Assembly: GCA_051942205.1 (NCBI GenBank)
Contig: JAVECO010000033.1
Location: forward strand, 62,001-126,000
Direction: 5' to 3'
DNA length: 64,000 bases
Source of the DNA: Coniocarpon cinnabarinum
Taxonomy: Eukaryota
Shown: positions 47,100 to 57,795 of the stretch, one piece after another
Position numbering within the stretch: position 1 is the stretch's first letter
How the letters are laid out: each line of letters starts with the position of its first letter
Position numbers and translations under genes: made by a program
The notes under the pieces: model-generated
Told to the model about the DNA's origin: nothing
The model's input: the letters and a program-made list of their open reading frames with translations, nothing else
Databases searched by the model: none

Positions 47100-49532
47100 A
47101 TGCCACTGCCACCCACTTCGGCCGGTGTGTCCATCACTGACCCTCTGGTCTTGTATCGTTCCCTTCTGAGCACCAACCGCATCCGGCCAGATCCAGCTCA
47201 ACACCGGCTGGCATTACACTTTCAGACGTTGTACCATCGCCTGAAAGATTACGAGCCTATAGCTCAGTACGGCTCCAAGCTTCAGCAGTTGCAAAAGACC
47301 TTGGGAAGCACGCCTGCCAATCCTGCACCTGGCACCGATCATGACGTTCCGAGACAAGGCATATTCTCGTCATTCTTTGAGGATAGAACAGGCTCGAGTA
47401 CGAGCAGTAGTTTGGCTTTGACAAAGGTCCTCACTAGCCATGAAGAAGCTATGAAGATTGATAGTCCCAAAGGGCTACTACTGCATGGAGAAGTCGGGAC
47501 TGGCAAGTCGATGTTGGTAGACCTCTTCGCTGAGTGTTTACCAACCAGAAAGAAGAGACGATGGCATTACAACACATTTATGCTGGAGATACTTGCGAAG
47601 CTGGAGCGTCTGAGAAGAAGCAGGGAGCTGATAGTGCCTGCCTCACTGGGACAGCAGGAGGATTATAGCTTGCTTTGGTTAGCAAGAGAACTCATTTCCA
47701 CTTCTCCAATCTTGTTCCTTGATGAATTGCAGCTTCCTGATCGTGCCGCTGCAAAGATCTTGACAAACCTCATGACGTGTTTCTTTCAGCTTGGAGGCGT
47801 CCTTGTTGCGACGAGCAATCGCATGCCAGAGGAGCTAGACAAGGCTGCTCGGATGCACTTTGCTCCTCCAGTTTCCAATATTGGTCTCAAGAGCTTGGGC
47901 GTCCGCTTGACTGGTGTCCAACAAAGTAGGCGCAGTGAGTTTGCCGATTTCTTGGACCTTCTCAGCGCGCGATGTGATGTCTGGCAAATGGAGGGCACCA
48001 AAGATTATCGCCGGATGGATGCTGCGCAGGACTCGAGGCGGGAAGAATGGCCGGCGAGCGGTCGCGAAGATATCAAATCTCCAGATTCTGGTTTCGATCC
48101 GACTACCGTAGGCAATCTTGGCCTTGGATGGGAACAGAGCAGGCCATCTAACACAAACCGCGTTGATGTTGCCCTTGACGCGGAGACGCACTCGATTCAA
48201 ACACCAAAGCACTACCACCTTAGTGACGACAGCAGTTCAGAACTGCTCGTATCAAAAGCCTTGAACAAACCCGTCAATGCAGTCGATTGGTCAAGTCAGC
48301 TGTTATCTGTTTATGGCCGTCCTTTGCGAGTTCCACGCACGTGCGAAGGAGTTACGCTCTTCAAATTCGATGAGATCTGCTCCAATGCGCTTGGTCCAAC
48401 GGCTGTACTGGGTCCCGCCGACTACACGACATTAGCGTCTCATTTCCACACCTTCATTGTCACAGATGTGCCAACCTTGAGTCTCTTACAAAAGAACGAA
48501 GCCCGAAGGTTGATAACGCTTTTGGATGCGTTGTACGAAGCGAAGTGCAAGCTGGCCGTTTCGGCCAAAGCATCTCCCGACTATTTGTTCTTCCCAGAAA
48601 CAATTCTTCCCCGTCAAGATCCAAATCGTCCTGACAGCGTGGATGAAGATGCAACGTACTCAGAGACACTATCCGAAATCTATCAGGACACCACAGCGCC
48701 GTTTCGTCCGAACGTGTCCACCTACGCCGACGCAAATCCCGGCGCCACCTCACCTGAAGAGGCGGATGCGACACATGCTCGATTCGCGGGCTTGTTCGAC
48801 GAGGACCGTGCCGAGCAGCAGCGCGAGCTTTCTCGGAGGCATGATGCTCCCAATGTGGACACCGGAGATGCAAGGCTCATTGGCCGTCGCACACAGGCCC
48901 CTGACACCTCTGCGAGTATGACTGCTGACACCGAGTCTGGACCAATCATTTCTCCACATGATAATTCACATGGGCCTGACTTCTCACGGCCGGGGGCATT
49001 CACTGGCGAGGACGAGAAATTCGCATTCAAACGTGCGCAGTCGAGGCTTTGGGAGTTATGCTCAGGTCGGTGGTGGGATCGTGAGCATGACCATACTCAA
49101 GATGGTGATCCCATCTACAAGCCCTCGTGGTGGCAGCCTTTGAGCTCTGAAATTAGGATTTGGGAGCAGCCAAGGGATCTGCTGGCTCGTGAACATCCAG
49201 CCGATATGGCAACTATGTCAGCCTCGCTACACGAGGGACCCGGCGCAGCAACCTCTATCGACGAAAACAAAGATTCCGTGCTGTTCAAGCACGGTGCCAC
49301 AAGCCCGTTTCGCACATCGAAAGATCCACCTCCACAGTTCAATTGGACACATGCATGGGGGATGATGCGTTGGGGCAAGAAAGCTGGGCAATGGGGTCAA
49401 GGCACTGATGCGTTCAAAGAGCAATCGAACGTTACAAAAGATGGTCACGCAGGGGAGCCGAGCGATGAGTGCATTTCCAGACGTCGCGCCTGGAGACAGA
49501 AGGACCCAGGTGGTGGATCGAAAATTGGATGA
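47100..49532 (+). CDS. AFG1/ZapE-family mitochondrial ATPase
   Basis: PKGLLLHGEVGTGKSML.DLF, ILFLDELQLPD, LVATSNR.PEEL, LGPADY, KNEARRLITLLDALYE, GEDEKFAFKRA.SRL. Confidence 0.93.
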   Translation: MPLPPTSAGVSITDPLVLYRSLLSTNRIRPDPAQHRLALHFQTLYHRLKDYEPIAQYGSKLQQLQKTLGSTPANPAPGTDHDVPRQGIFSSFFEDRTGSSTSSSLALTKVLTSHEEAMKIDSPKGLLLHGEVGTGKSMLVDLFAECLPTRKKRRWHYNTFMLEILAKLERLRRSRELIVPASLGQQEDYSLLWLARELISTSPILFLDELQLPDRAAAKILTNLMTCFFQLGGVLVATSNRMPEELDKAARMHFAPPVSNIGLKSLGVRLTGVQQSRRSEFADFLDLLSARCDVWQMEGTKDYRRMDAAQDSRREEWPASGREDIKSPDSGFDPTTVGNLGLGWEQSRPSNTNRVDVALDAETHSIQTPKHYHLSDDSSSELLVSKALNKPVNAVDWSSQLLSVYGRPLRVPRTCEGVTLFKFDEICSNALGPTAVLGPADYTTLASHFHTFIVTDVPTLSLLQKNEARRLITLLDALYEAKCKLAVSAKASPDYLFFPETILPRQDPNRPDSVDEDATYSETLSEIYQDTTAPFRPNVSTYADANPGATSPEEADATHARFAGLFDEDRAEQQRELSRRHDAPNVDTGDARLIGRRTQAPDTSASMTADTESGPIISPHDNSHGPDFSRPGAFTGEDEKFAFKRAQSRLWELCSGRWWDREHDHTQDGDPIYKPSWWQPLSSEIRIWEQPRDLLAREHPADMATMSASLHEGPGAATSIDENKDSVLFKHGATSPFRTSKDPPPQFNWTHAWGMMRWGKKAGQWGQGTDAFKEQSNVTKDGHAGEPSDECISRRRAWRQKDPGGGSKIG

Positions 49533-49727
49533 ATCAGTTTTCGTCCAGCATTTTCGGCAATACACCAGATGTCGCACGGGACCAAGCAAGAAGCCCGAAA
49601 TGATACTCCGCGTACCGTTTCATTTAGACCGTAGGCCAAGTGTCTACTCTAAAGTATCCTGCAAAGGAGACAAAGGTCGCGCAGCTTGTTTAGCGTGCGC
49701 GAATGTAGTTGTTCTCATGCGCACTCC

Positions 49728-50720
49728 TCATCGAGTGGGATCTACAACGACATTGATCGGTTGACCCTTGAAAAAGCATGCCACGGTCTCCTTCAACGAC
49801 CCTTTCAAATTTTCCAGAGTCTTCTGGGCAATCCAGGAGGTATGGGGGCTGATGGTTAGGTTTGGGATTTCCTCTCCGATCGGCAGAAGTGGACTGCTTC
49901 CAGGCTTAGCAGGTTCGACTTCGAACACATCCGTCGCTGCACCGTATATCATGCGCTGCTTCAACGCCTGCGCTAGAGACGACTCATTGATGATACCGCC
50001 TCTCGCCATGTTGATCAGGATTGCTTCCTTGCGCATCTTCTTCAGCTCCGGCATGTCAATGAGGTTGATGGTCGACGGGTCCTTTGGACAACACAAGAAC
50101 AGAACAGTCACACGCTCAAGAAGACCCTCGAAGGCTTCTCGTCCAGGTCTTGTTGAATCTTGCGTGGCTGCTTTCCGCTCTGCGATGACCACCTCGCCCA
50201 TGCCGACATTTCGACATATCTTTTCGATCGCTTGTCCAAGTGGGCCGTACCCAACGATGCCAACAGTTTCTTGATTGTGACTCAAGGGCTGTCCACCCTC
50301 CCAACTCGTGACGAGCTGCCCATCATCTGCCCACTTGGTCGTCTTGGTTGCAAGATTCTGGAAATGATACAAACGCCGTCTTGCAGCAAAATACAAGCCC
50401 AGAGCATGGCCGCTGCAACTGTCCAGGTTGCAATTTGGCGTGTTGCAAACCATGACCCCCCGCTTTGCAAAGTAGTCCCTCTGCACCCAGCCGGTTCCCG
50501 TGCCCATGATCAAAAGCATCTTCAGACGAGACGCCTGTTCACACATCTCTGGAGTTACTTCGCGGACGGTGATGGTGATGACAATGGTCGCGTCCTTGAT
50601 GCGGCCGGGAATCTCATGTGGCTTGGAATGAGCAAACTCTGTATACTTGTGAGGGATGTCAAACTTTGGGATCTCGACGTGGCCGCCCTCGATGGCGATG
50701 ATGTGCTCTTCTTCTGCCAT
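49728..50720 (-). CDS. D-isomer-specific 2-hydroxyacid dehydrogenase (glycerate dehydrogenase/hydroxypyruvate reductase-like)
   Basis: GTG..., VCNTP, GIVGYGPLG (NAD binding), INMARGGII.E, DVFEVEP, ISPH; intronless. Confidence 0.92.
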   Translation of the reverse strand: MAEEEHIIAIEGGHVEIPKFDIPHKYTEFAHSKPHEIPGRIKDATIVITITVREVTPEMCEQASRLKMLLIMGTGTGWVQRDYFAKRGVMVCNTPNCNLDSCSGHALGLYFAARRRLYHFQNLATKTTKWADDGQLVTSWEGGQPLSHNQETVGIVGYGPLGQAIEKICRNVGMGEVVIAERKAATQDSTRPGREAFEGLLERVTVLFLCCPKDPSTINLIDMPELKKMRKEAILINMARGGIINESSLAQALKQRMIYGAATDVFEVEPAKPGSSPLLPIGEEIPNLTISPHTSWIAQKTLENLKGSLKETVACFFKGQPINVVVDPTR

Positions 50721-50941
50721 TTCTACGTGGGATCCAGAGACGAATGGTGGGGAAATCTAATGCGAATCAATTTCCAAACTTCAAAGTGGTCTGTAAATTG
50801 GATATAGATTGCTTTTGACATGTTGGAGAACAGATTAAGTTGGGTTACGCCCAGTGGATGACACGACCAAGGCAGACATTCGCTGCCGGAAACAGATAAA
50901 GATGGTGGGACATGTCTTGCGCCTCGCTCCTACAGCACTCG

Positions 50942-50999
50942 TCACGTGCCGTCATTAGTGTAACTTCCTTTACTCCTTAATGCTTAGCGTTCACGTGCC
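50942..50999. promoter_or_regulatory. twin TCACGTGCC E-boxes in divergent promoter
   Basis: Identical 9-mers at 50942-50950 and 50991-50999 between the two divergent hydroxyacid genes. Confidence 0.4.
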
Positions 51000-51314
51000 C
51001 TGCACGATCACTGCTCTGATCTAGCCGGGCTACCAGCTCCATCTCGTTCGTCATCGATCAACTGCCGTTCCTTTTCGAGCCCGTCTCTCCGGCTCCGTAG
51101 TCTTTTCGGTCTGCTATGGTGAATATTGTTTCGCTGTTTGGTGTTCGCGTGTTGTGTAGACTTATGTACTGGCTCGCTTCAGCCGCTGACTTGTAGTGCC
51201 TATCTCACTTCCTCTCTTTCCTGATCTCTCGTTGTTGATCTTGCCGAGAAATCTTGTAGCTTTCCTCGTCGCCCTCGTCCCAAGCGCAGACTCAAGTGAT
51301 ACTCTGCCGCCATC

Positions 51315-52607
51315 ATGTCTGCAACCGCGCAGGACGAACCGGCGCATGATCTCAATTGCCTTACAATCGCAGAACTGGAGGAGATCGCAGCTGACAAAAT
51401 GGACAAGCAAACCAGAGATTACTACAACGAAGGCGCGGACAGTGGGAGCACACTGCGAGAAAACAACGAAGCCTATGGCAAGTATCGAATACGGCCACGA
51501 GTGTTGAGAGACATCTCGGCCATCGACACATCAACAACCGTGTTTGGTCACCGCAACAGCATACCTTTGGGCGTCGCGCCAACAGCTGTAAGTGCAAGCT
51601 GCTGTGTAATTGCTATAGCACACACGCTGACTGCGGCGACAAGATGCATTGTCTAGCCCATCCTGATGGCGAGTTGGCGACAGCAAGGGCGTGCAAGAAT
51701 AAGAACGTCATCATGGGCCTCAGCAGCTTCTCCACAACCTCTCTTGAAGACGTCGCGCAAGAGTTGGGTAGTCATCCACATGTACTTCAGCTGTATCTCA
51801 TGGAAGAACGAGAACATTCACGAAACATGATACAACGAGCGAAAAAGGCGGGCTACAAGGCGGTGTTTCTTACAGTCCGTATTCCCATTGCGGTGAATCA
51901 TACAGTTGTGCGCTGACTCTCAGCAGGTCGACACGCCAATGCTTGGGCGCAGGAATCAGGAGATCCGCAATCAATTCAAGCTTCCCGCGCCTTTCAAAGT
52001 GGCGAATTTCGACAACTCCAAGAATTCACAAAAGAACATGCCTACCAGACCCGGCTTTCACGACGGCAACGAGCGCCACCCACCCCAAGGACCCATCACA
52101 TTCCACTCGCATGCACCGAACCCGACACTGACATGGGATCGACATATTGAGTGGCTGAAGAAAGAATGCCAGCCCGAGATGCAAGTGTGGGTCAAGGGAG
52201 TCATGACGGGCGAGGATGCGGAGCTGGCAGTTCAACACCGAGTGGATGGCATCGTCGTCAGCAACCACGGCGGAAGGCAGCTCAACGGAGCTCTAGCCAC
52301 GCTGGACGCTTTGCCTGAAGTCGTTGAGGCCGTGAATGGGCGGCTGCCAGTGCATGTGGACGGCGGGATTCGACATGGGACTGACGTCTTCAAGGCTTTA
52401 GCTCTGGGCGCACAGTTTGTTTGGATTGGTCGGCCTGCGCTGTGGGGCCTTGCGTACAAGGGGCAAGAAGGCGTGGAGCACGCGCTGCGGTTGTATCACG
52501 ACGAGATCAAGCTGTGCATGGGCCTGGCGGGGACGGTGAAGACAACCGACATCCACAAGGGCTATCTGGTCAAGGTGGACAAGAGCGGGTTCGTGGCGAG
52601 GTTGTGA
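51315..52607 (+). CDS. FMN-dependent (S)-2-hydroxyacid oxidase (glycolate oxidase-like), peroxisomal, 3 exons
   Basis: YYNEGAD...TLREN, IRPRVLRD, APTA|MHCLAHPDGE, LQLY, LT|VDTPMLGRR, WVKG, VSNHGGRQL, DGGIRHGTDVFKALALGA, GRP.LWGLA; C-terminal ARL fits the PTS1 consensus; no cytochrome b5 domain. Confidence 0.94.
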
Positions 52608-53413
52608 GGAGGAGGAGTGGATGTTGCATTAGTGTCCTGCGCCTGGGTGGTCGGTTGACAAGACGAATAACGTTGATTTGTATATAGCTGTACATACTGG
52701 CGGATGAAGCTTACTGATGATTGCACAAGCTGTCAAGAAACAGTTTCGTGCCCAACAGAGCTGTCCGGGAGGAGGGACCAATGAGAAGGTGTTGTGAATC
52801 CCCACCACCAGGGCTTAGGGGCCAGAGAGTTTGTTGCATCTGCACTCATACCTCGAGGTCTGTTACTCTACTCCTGCAAAAAACACCAGCTACCACTGCT
52901 CCTCCACACTCTCCTCTCCTCTCCTCTTCCCACCCTTGTCCGTGCTCTGGCCCGTCTCCAGCCCGCCGCTCGCCTCCTTGCGCTGCTCTCGACCTCTCGC
53001 AGCCAGCCGGTTTCGTCGCCCTGTCTCGATCCTGTCGCGTGCTTTCCCCTCTTCACATGTGACTTCATCCACTGTTCCCTTCTGCGCCAGCATTTGCCTC
53101 CCAGCTTCCAGCACTTAGTCGGCACTTCAGCACCAGTGACTCTCGGCGCGGACACAGGCATTTTGAGCTGAGGTCTCTCACGCCGCTCCATCGAGGCATA
53201 GACCTCATGGAGCAAGACCTAGTACCGCAGACGAGCCGCGTTATTCCAGACGATCATCCAAAGTCATAACCCTCATTCAATTCCCTTCAGCGAGACCGCT
53301 GTTTGCCGAGGAGGAGGAGTCAGCATTGCTGTTGGAGAGACTGATATCCACCATTCGGGTCAGGTGGCAAGGTCGGAGGCGGCAGCTCGCCGTCTTCTTC
53401 CATTCTCGCTAGC

Positions 53414-54951
53414 ATGCCCGCGCCAGATGGCAATCATTCTGGAAACAACTCGTCATCGGCTTCCATCTTGGCTTTTCGCGCAGAGGGTCCCATACTCAAT
53501 GTGCACTCGAGGAGGTGGATCAAGAAATATCGGACCGAGATCTCGGCCAGCTCGGCAAGCTTGCTTAGTACGCTCACCGCTGTATGGAAGACATTCTTGC
53601 ACACTTTGGGCGGCGACATAGAGATGCTGATATGTATTGCAGTACCCACTGGACTCCGTCAAAACGCGCATGCAGGCGTAAGGACAATGCAAGAGTCGAA
53701 GCGTGCGCATTCACTAATTACAGCAGGTACCACTTTAATAACTTTTTCGACTGCGTCAGGCATACTTACGGCCATGAGGGTCTACATGGCTTTTGGAGAG
53801 GTGTGTGATTAGCCCTCATATCTTTAAATCGCATTTCCACCACCTGAAAGCTCCCCTTGAAGCTAGTTTCATTGACTCAAACCCTCCAAGGCGCAATTGC
53901 ACCCCTCCTGAGTATCACACTCGTCCGCACCGTCTCCTTCTCCATCTATCAAAAGGCTAAATACACCTACGACGATTGGATCGCCAAGGCAACTGGCTCG
54001 TCGCCACTGGTTCATGCAAACTCACCTGGGGCGATGCCGTCGCTGTCTACACTCCTCTGCTTTGGTGGTGCAGGAGCAACGTCCGGCTCTGTAATTACTC
54101 TGCTGTCCTGTTAGTCTGACCATGCGCCTTCATCCTTTGCGTCCGTCATGGTATTTGGATGAATCAAGTTTCTATATCAACATCTATGATTTATATGGAC
54201 ACTCATTCCTCAGGTCCAAAGTGCTGACGGCAATTGCACAGGCCCTTTTGAGCTCACAAAACTCAACGCCCAAATCGCGGTTCTTATGGAGCGCGGCGTA
54301 GGCAAGCACGACAGCTTCGAAGCACCAGATCGATCGCGTGCACCCGACCGAAAACAGCCAACCGCCGGCACCTTCAAAACAGCAAAGTGGATCACGAAGC
54401 AACGAGGAGTCATGGGGTTATACTCAGGCTTCCACCTCCATTTACGTATGCTCTTCCCCTCACTTTCATTGTATCTAACGACCGTTCATCCTTGACCAAT
54501 CAAACTTCCCACCTGGCCCTTCAAAGACCCCTGAAACCCCCTACATTCACTACGCTTAACTAACGACAGCACAGTCCGCGACACAATCGGAACCACAATC
54601 TATTTCACGACCTACGAATCCTCCAAGCAAATGCTCGCCAACGCCCGCGGCAACAGTCCCACGTCTCCCCTTGCAGTCGTCATGGCCGGCGGCCTCTGCG
54701 GCCTCGTCTCCTGGGCGTGCATCTACCCCATCGACTCCGCCAAGAGCATTTACCAGCGCAATGTCCTCGTCGCTGGCGCAAGTGATAGTGAGAAACCGAA
54801 GAGACCGCGAATCGAGTGGTTTAATCGACGGATGTATCGCGGACTCGGTGTCAGTATGTCGAGGAGTTGTGTGATTAATGCTATTTTCTTTAGTGCCTTT
54901 GAGGTCGTGAAGAAGTGGGTCAATGGGCTGGATGTGGAGGGGGAGGAGTGA
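53414..54951 (+). CDS. mitochondrial carrier (SLC25) protein, multi-exon
   Basis: Three carrier signatures after splicing (YPLDSVKTRMQ, CPFELTK, YPIDSAKS) plus EGLHGFWRG, GLYSG and MYRGLG. Confidence 0.9.
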
Positions 54952-55044
54952 GTCTTGGTGGTTGTGGAGCTGTTTTCGTGAGGGAACGAGGATGCTTTTC
55001 TCTCGAGGAACCGCGAGCTCTGAGGAACGTGAAAGTGAGAGTCT

Positions 55045-55065
55045 GGGTCTGGGTCAGGGTCAGGG
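55045..55065 (+). other. potential G-quadruplex (GGGTCTGGGTCAGGGTCAGGG)
   Basis: Four GGG tracts with 3-nt loops, about 95 nt after the carrier stop codon on the sense strand. Confidence 0.5.
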
Positions 55066-56019
55066 TGGTTCGAAGAGCAGGCTGAAAGTGGCACGGTGGA
55101 CACATGTCTGAGGTTTACACGCACCAGCATCACGCGGCGTTCAGGGACTCAAAGAAATATCACGGTCTGGATCGATTGATGAAGGCAAGGGAAAGGACGG
55201 AAAGGAGGTATAGACATGATTCTCACGAATGGCGTTGTGGGCCGGCCCTTGTTGGTTGGAGTCCACCGTGGCACGTCGCTGGTGACGCTTACTACCCGTC
55301 GAGATGATCCAGCAAGAATGGATCTCGCCAGTGCGATGCGTATGAATTTCAAACACGTGCAACTTGATGACCCATTTCTCAGGCCTCATTCGCCGTCATC
55401 TGAAATGCTGCGTTTCTCGTCGGGCCTGAGTTATCCTAAGACCGTGGCGTGCTGCTCGTTATGTTGCTGAAGGCGGTGAGGGGGGTCTGCGATTCTTTGA
55501 GCGCAGATCCCGCACCGGCTGAGACACTGAGTGGACGCCACCCCGAAATCTTGCACTCAGCCATTGCTAGTGCATCACCATCACTTCTGGCTGTGACTTT
55601 TCTCGAATCAGCGGTGCTGAATACTCTTGTGGGGTGTGGACGGGTTGCAAAATGTCTTTGGTGGGGGGGCACGAAGAAGGTATTTGATCATGCACGATTC
55701 GTATTAACATTAGGGGTATCTCTGAGAATTCTCGCTGTGCATCGCTGTGCTTCGCTGTGTCAACCCTTCGCTGTGCCCTTGCTGTACAACTCCCGTCGCT
55801 GTATGCAATTCATGTCCCCTGAAATCCAGAACGAGTCTCGTGTCCATCCCTGAACCACCATATCGTCAGACATCGGACATACCTCCTGAATACCATTGCT
55901 TATGCAAATATCCCACCCTCAAAACCCTCCAGCTCCTCGCTTTCCCATCCCATTCCCCGTCTTCCTTCCAACCCCACCATTCCCACACTCCGAGAGTGAA
56001 AGAAGCTCCGTCAAGTGAC

Positions 56020-57795
56020 TCAAAGCCCAAACGCCAGACCTCCGGCGGCAATCCCACAAAGCAGGACAGTCCACCCCACGAAATCCACGTGTCGTCCCGC
56101 CGCCACACCCGCAGCCGGTTGAGCCTTCCCCACCGTTCCGGGCCCGGAGCCACCCGTAGCCGTGCATAAATCACCACATCCATACCCCGAGGGACAGCAG
56201 CCCCCGCCCGCACTGGGGGGACAGGTGCTAAATCCCTGGGCGCAGCGTCCTTCATTCGCCGTTGTGCTAATGCTTGTAACACTCGCGCTTCTTAACGAAC
56301 TCGTGTCTGTATCCTCTGAATTCGGAGGATTCGACATTGATGGATTAGGTTCATTGAGCGTTGTGGGCGATCCTGCACCCGGGACGAGGATGGTGGCGCC
56401 GGAGTTCACGACTGTAGCCGTTGTGCTGGGAGGACAGGAGGTAGTATCGCAGTTTCGGCCGATTTGGCAACAGCCGCTTATGTAGTAGGCGCTGCACATA
56501 TAAAACCCGGTTGGACAGAAACCCATCGAGCTCGTGGTTGCAGCTGCGCTCGTTACTGTATCACTTGATACAGACTCGCCGGTGGGTCGGACGGGTGGAG
56601 CGGCTGCGGCGGACGTGGAGGTGGACGCGGAGGAGTCAGTGGAGAGGGGAGGGCATACGCCGCCGGAGCCGCAGGCACGGTTTGTAGGACAGCAACCGCC
56701 GCCTAGGGATGCGGGACAGGAATTGAATCCAGTTGAGCAGGTGAGAACACCCTGCGTTGGTGTTGACGCGGGGATGGTGTTGGCTATAACAGGTACGTCT
56801 GTATCCGTATCCGTATCTGTATCCGTCGTCGGCGTCGAAGACGTAAGCGTGGTGTATGTCGTGACTGTCGAAGGCGCAGGGGGATTCGTAACGATAGTGC
56901 TCGTCGTCGTCACCGTCCCAGCTCCTACCGGCGGCACAGGCGGCGGAGGAGGCGGAGGCGGCGCACTAGACGATTGGCCAGGCTGCACCGTCCCCGTCAC
57001 GGTCACAACATTTAGCTGTGTCGTCGTTGACGATCCACCACCCGAGACACATCCCACGCCATCACACGTAAAACCAGGGATGCAGCATCCGCCGTTCGGA
57101 CTCCCGGGACAACTTGTATAGCCTTCACTTGTCTGACAATTAGAGATGAAACCGGAGCATTGTTGGCCCGCGGGACAGCAGCCTACGTCGCCGATGCCGG
57201 TGTCGTCAATGAGGGTGCAAGTTTCGGAGGCGCCGCAGCAGGAATCGGGACGGTTGATGGAGGCGCAAGGACTAGTGTTGGTGGGGCAGCTGAAGGCGCG
57301 TTTGAAGAGCTGGGGGAGGGTGCGGCGGAGGAGTGGATGCTCCGGTGAGGTGTGCGGTCTCAGCGGTGGTAAAGGCGGTGTGAGGAGTGTGGCATTGGTC
57401 AGTTCAAGGTTGTCGTCCGACGCAGGGGGAGGCGATGAGAGGAGGGAGAGACGTCTCCGGTCGAGTGGGTCTAACGATGTGTCGCGATTGCCGCGCCGTC
57501 GCAAGTGTGCTTCTGGCTCTTGTGACTGAGATGTAGACTCTAGCACTGAGGGCTCAAACTGCCAATAATCGAGGAAGAACATCTCAGAGGGATCATCGCT
57601 CATCTTCTTGACCGCAACGGGCTTCTGTAGCGCCATTTGCGCGCCGACCTCCGCATGGCGCTTGACGAGGTGTTCGTGCTCGGGCCAGTATTTCTGATGT
57701 GGCGGGAGATTGTAGGGCCATTCTTGCGCAGTGACCGCTTGCGCGATGAAGAGTAGGAAATGGGATGGGAAGGTGAGTAGGATGGAGGGGAGCAT
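56020..57795 (-). CDS. secreted Cys-rich, Ser/Thr/Pro-rich putative GPI-anchored cell-wall protein
   Basis: Signal peptide; KR before the first Cys-rich domain; repeated C..G...C....GG.CCP.G..C modules; S/T-rich linkers; hydrophobic C-terminal tail. Confidence 0.85.
   Translation of the reverse strand: MLPSILLTFPSHFLLFIAQAVTAQEWPYNLPPHQKYWPEHEHLVKRHAEVGAQMALQKPVAVKKMSDDPSEMFFLDYWQFEPSVLESTSQSQEPEAHLRRRGNRDTSLDPLDRRRLSLLSSPPPASDDNLELTNATLLTPPLPPLRPHTSPEHPLLRRTLPQLFKRAFSCPTNTSPCASINRPDSCCGASETCTLIDDTGIGDVGCCPAGQQCSGFISNCQTSEGYTSCPGSPNGGCCIPGFTCDGVGCVSGGGSSTTTQLNVVTVTGTVQPGQSSSAPPPPPPPPVPPVGAGTVTTTSTIVTNPPAPSTVTTYTTLTSSTPTTDTDTDTDTDVPVIANTIPASTPTQGVLTCSTGFNSCPASLGGGCCPTNRACGSGGVCPPLSTDSSASTSTSAAAAPPVRPTGESVSSDTVTSAAATTSSMGFCPTGFYMCSAYYISGCCQIGRNCDTTSCPPSTTATVVNSGATILVPGAGSPTTLNEPNPSMSNPPNSEDTDTSSLRSASVTSISTTANEGRCAQGFSTCPPSAGGGCCPSGYGCGDLCTATGGSGPGTVGKAQPAAGVAAGRHVDFVGWTVLLCGIAAGGLAFGL

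Noticed and set aside
55041..55065. Interstitial telomere
   Set aside because: Only four variant units (TCAGGG/TCTGGG) and no TTAGGG array; kept only as a G4 candidate
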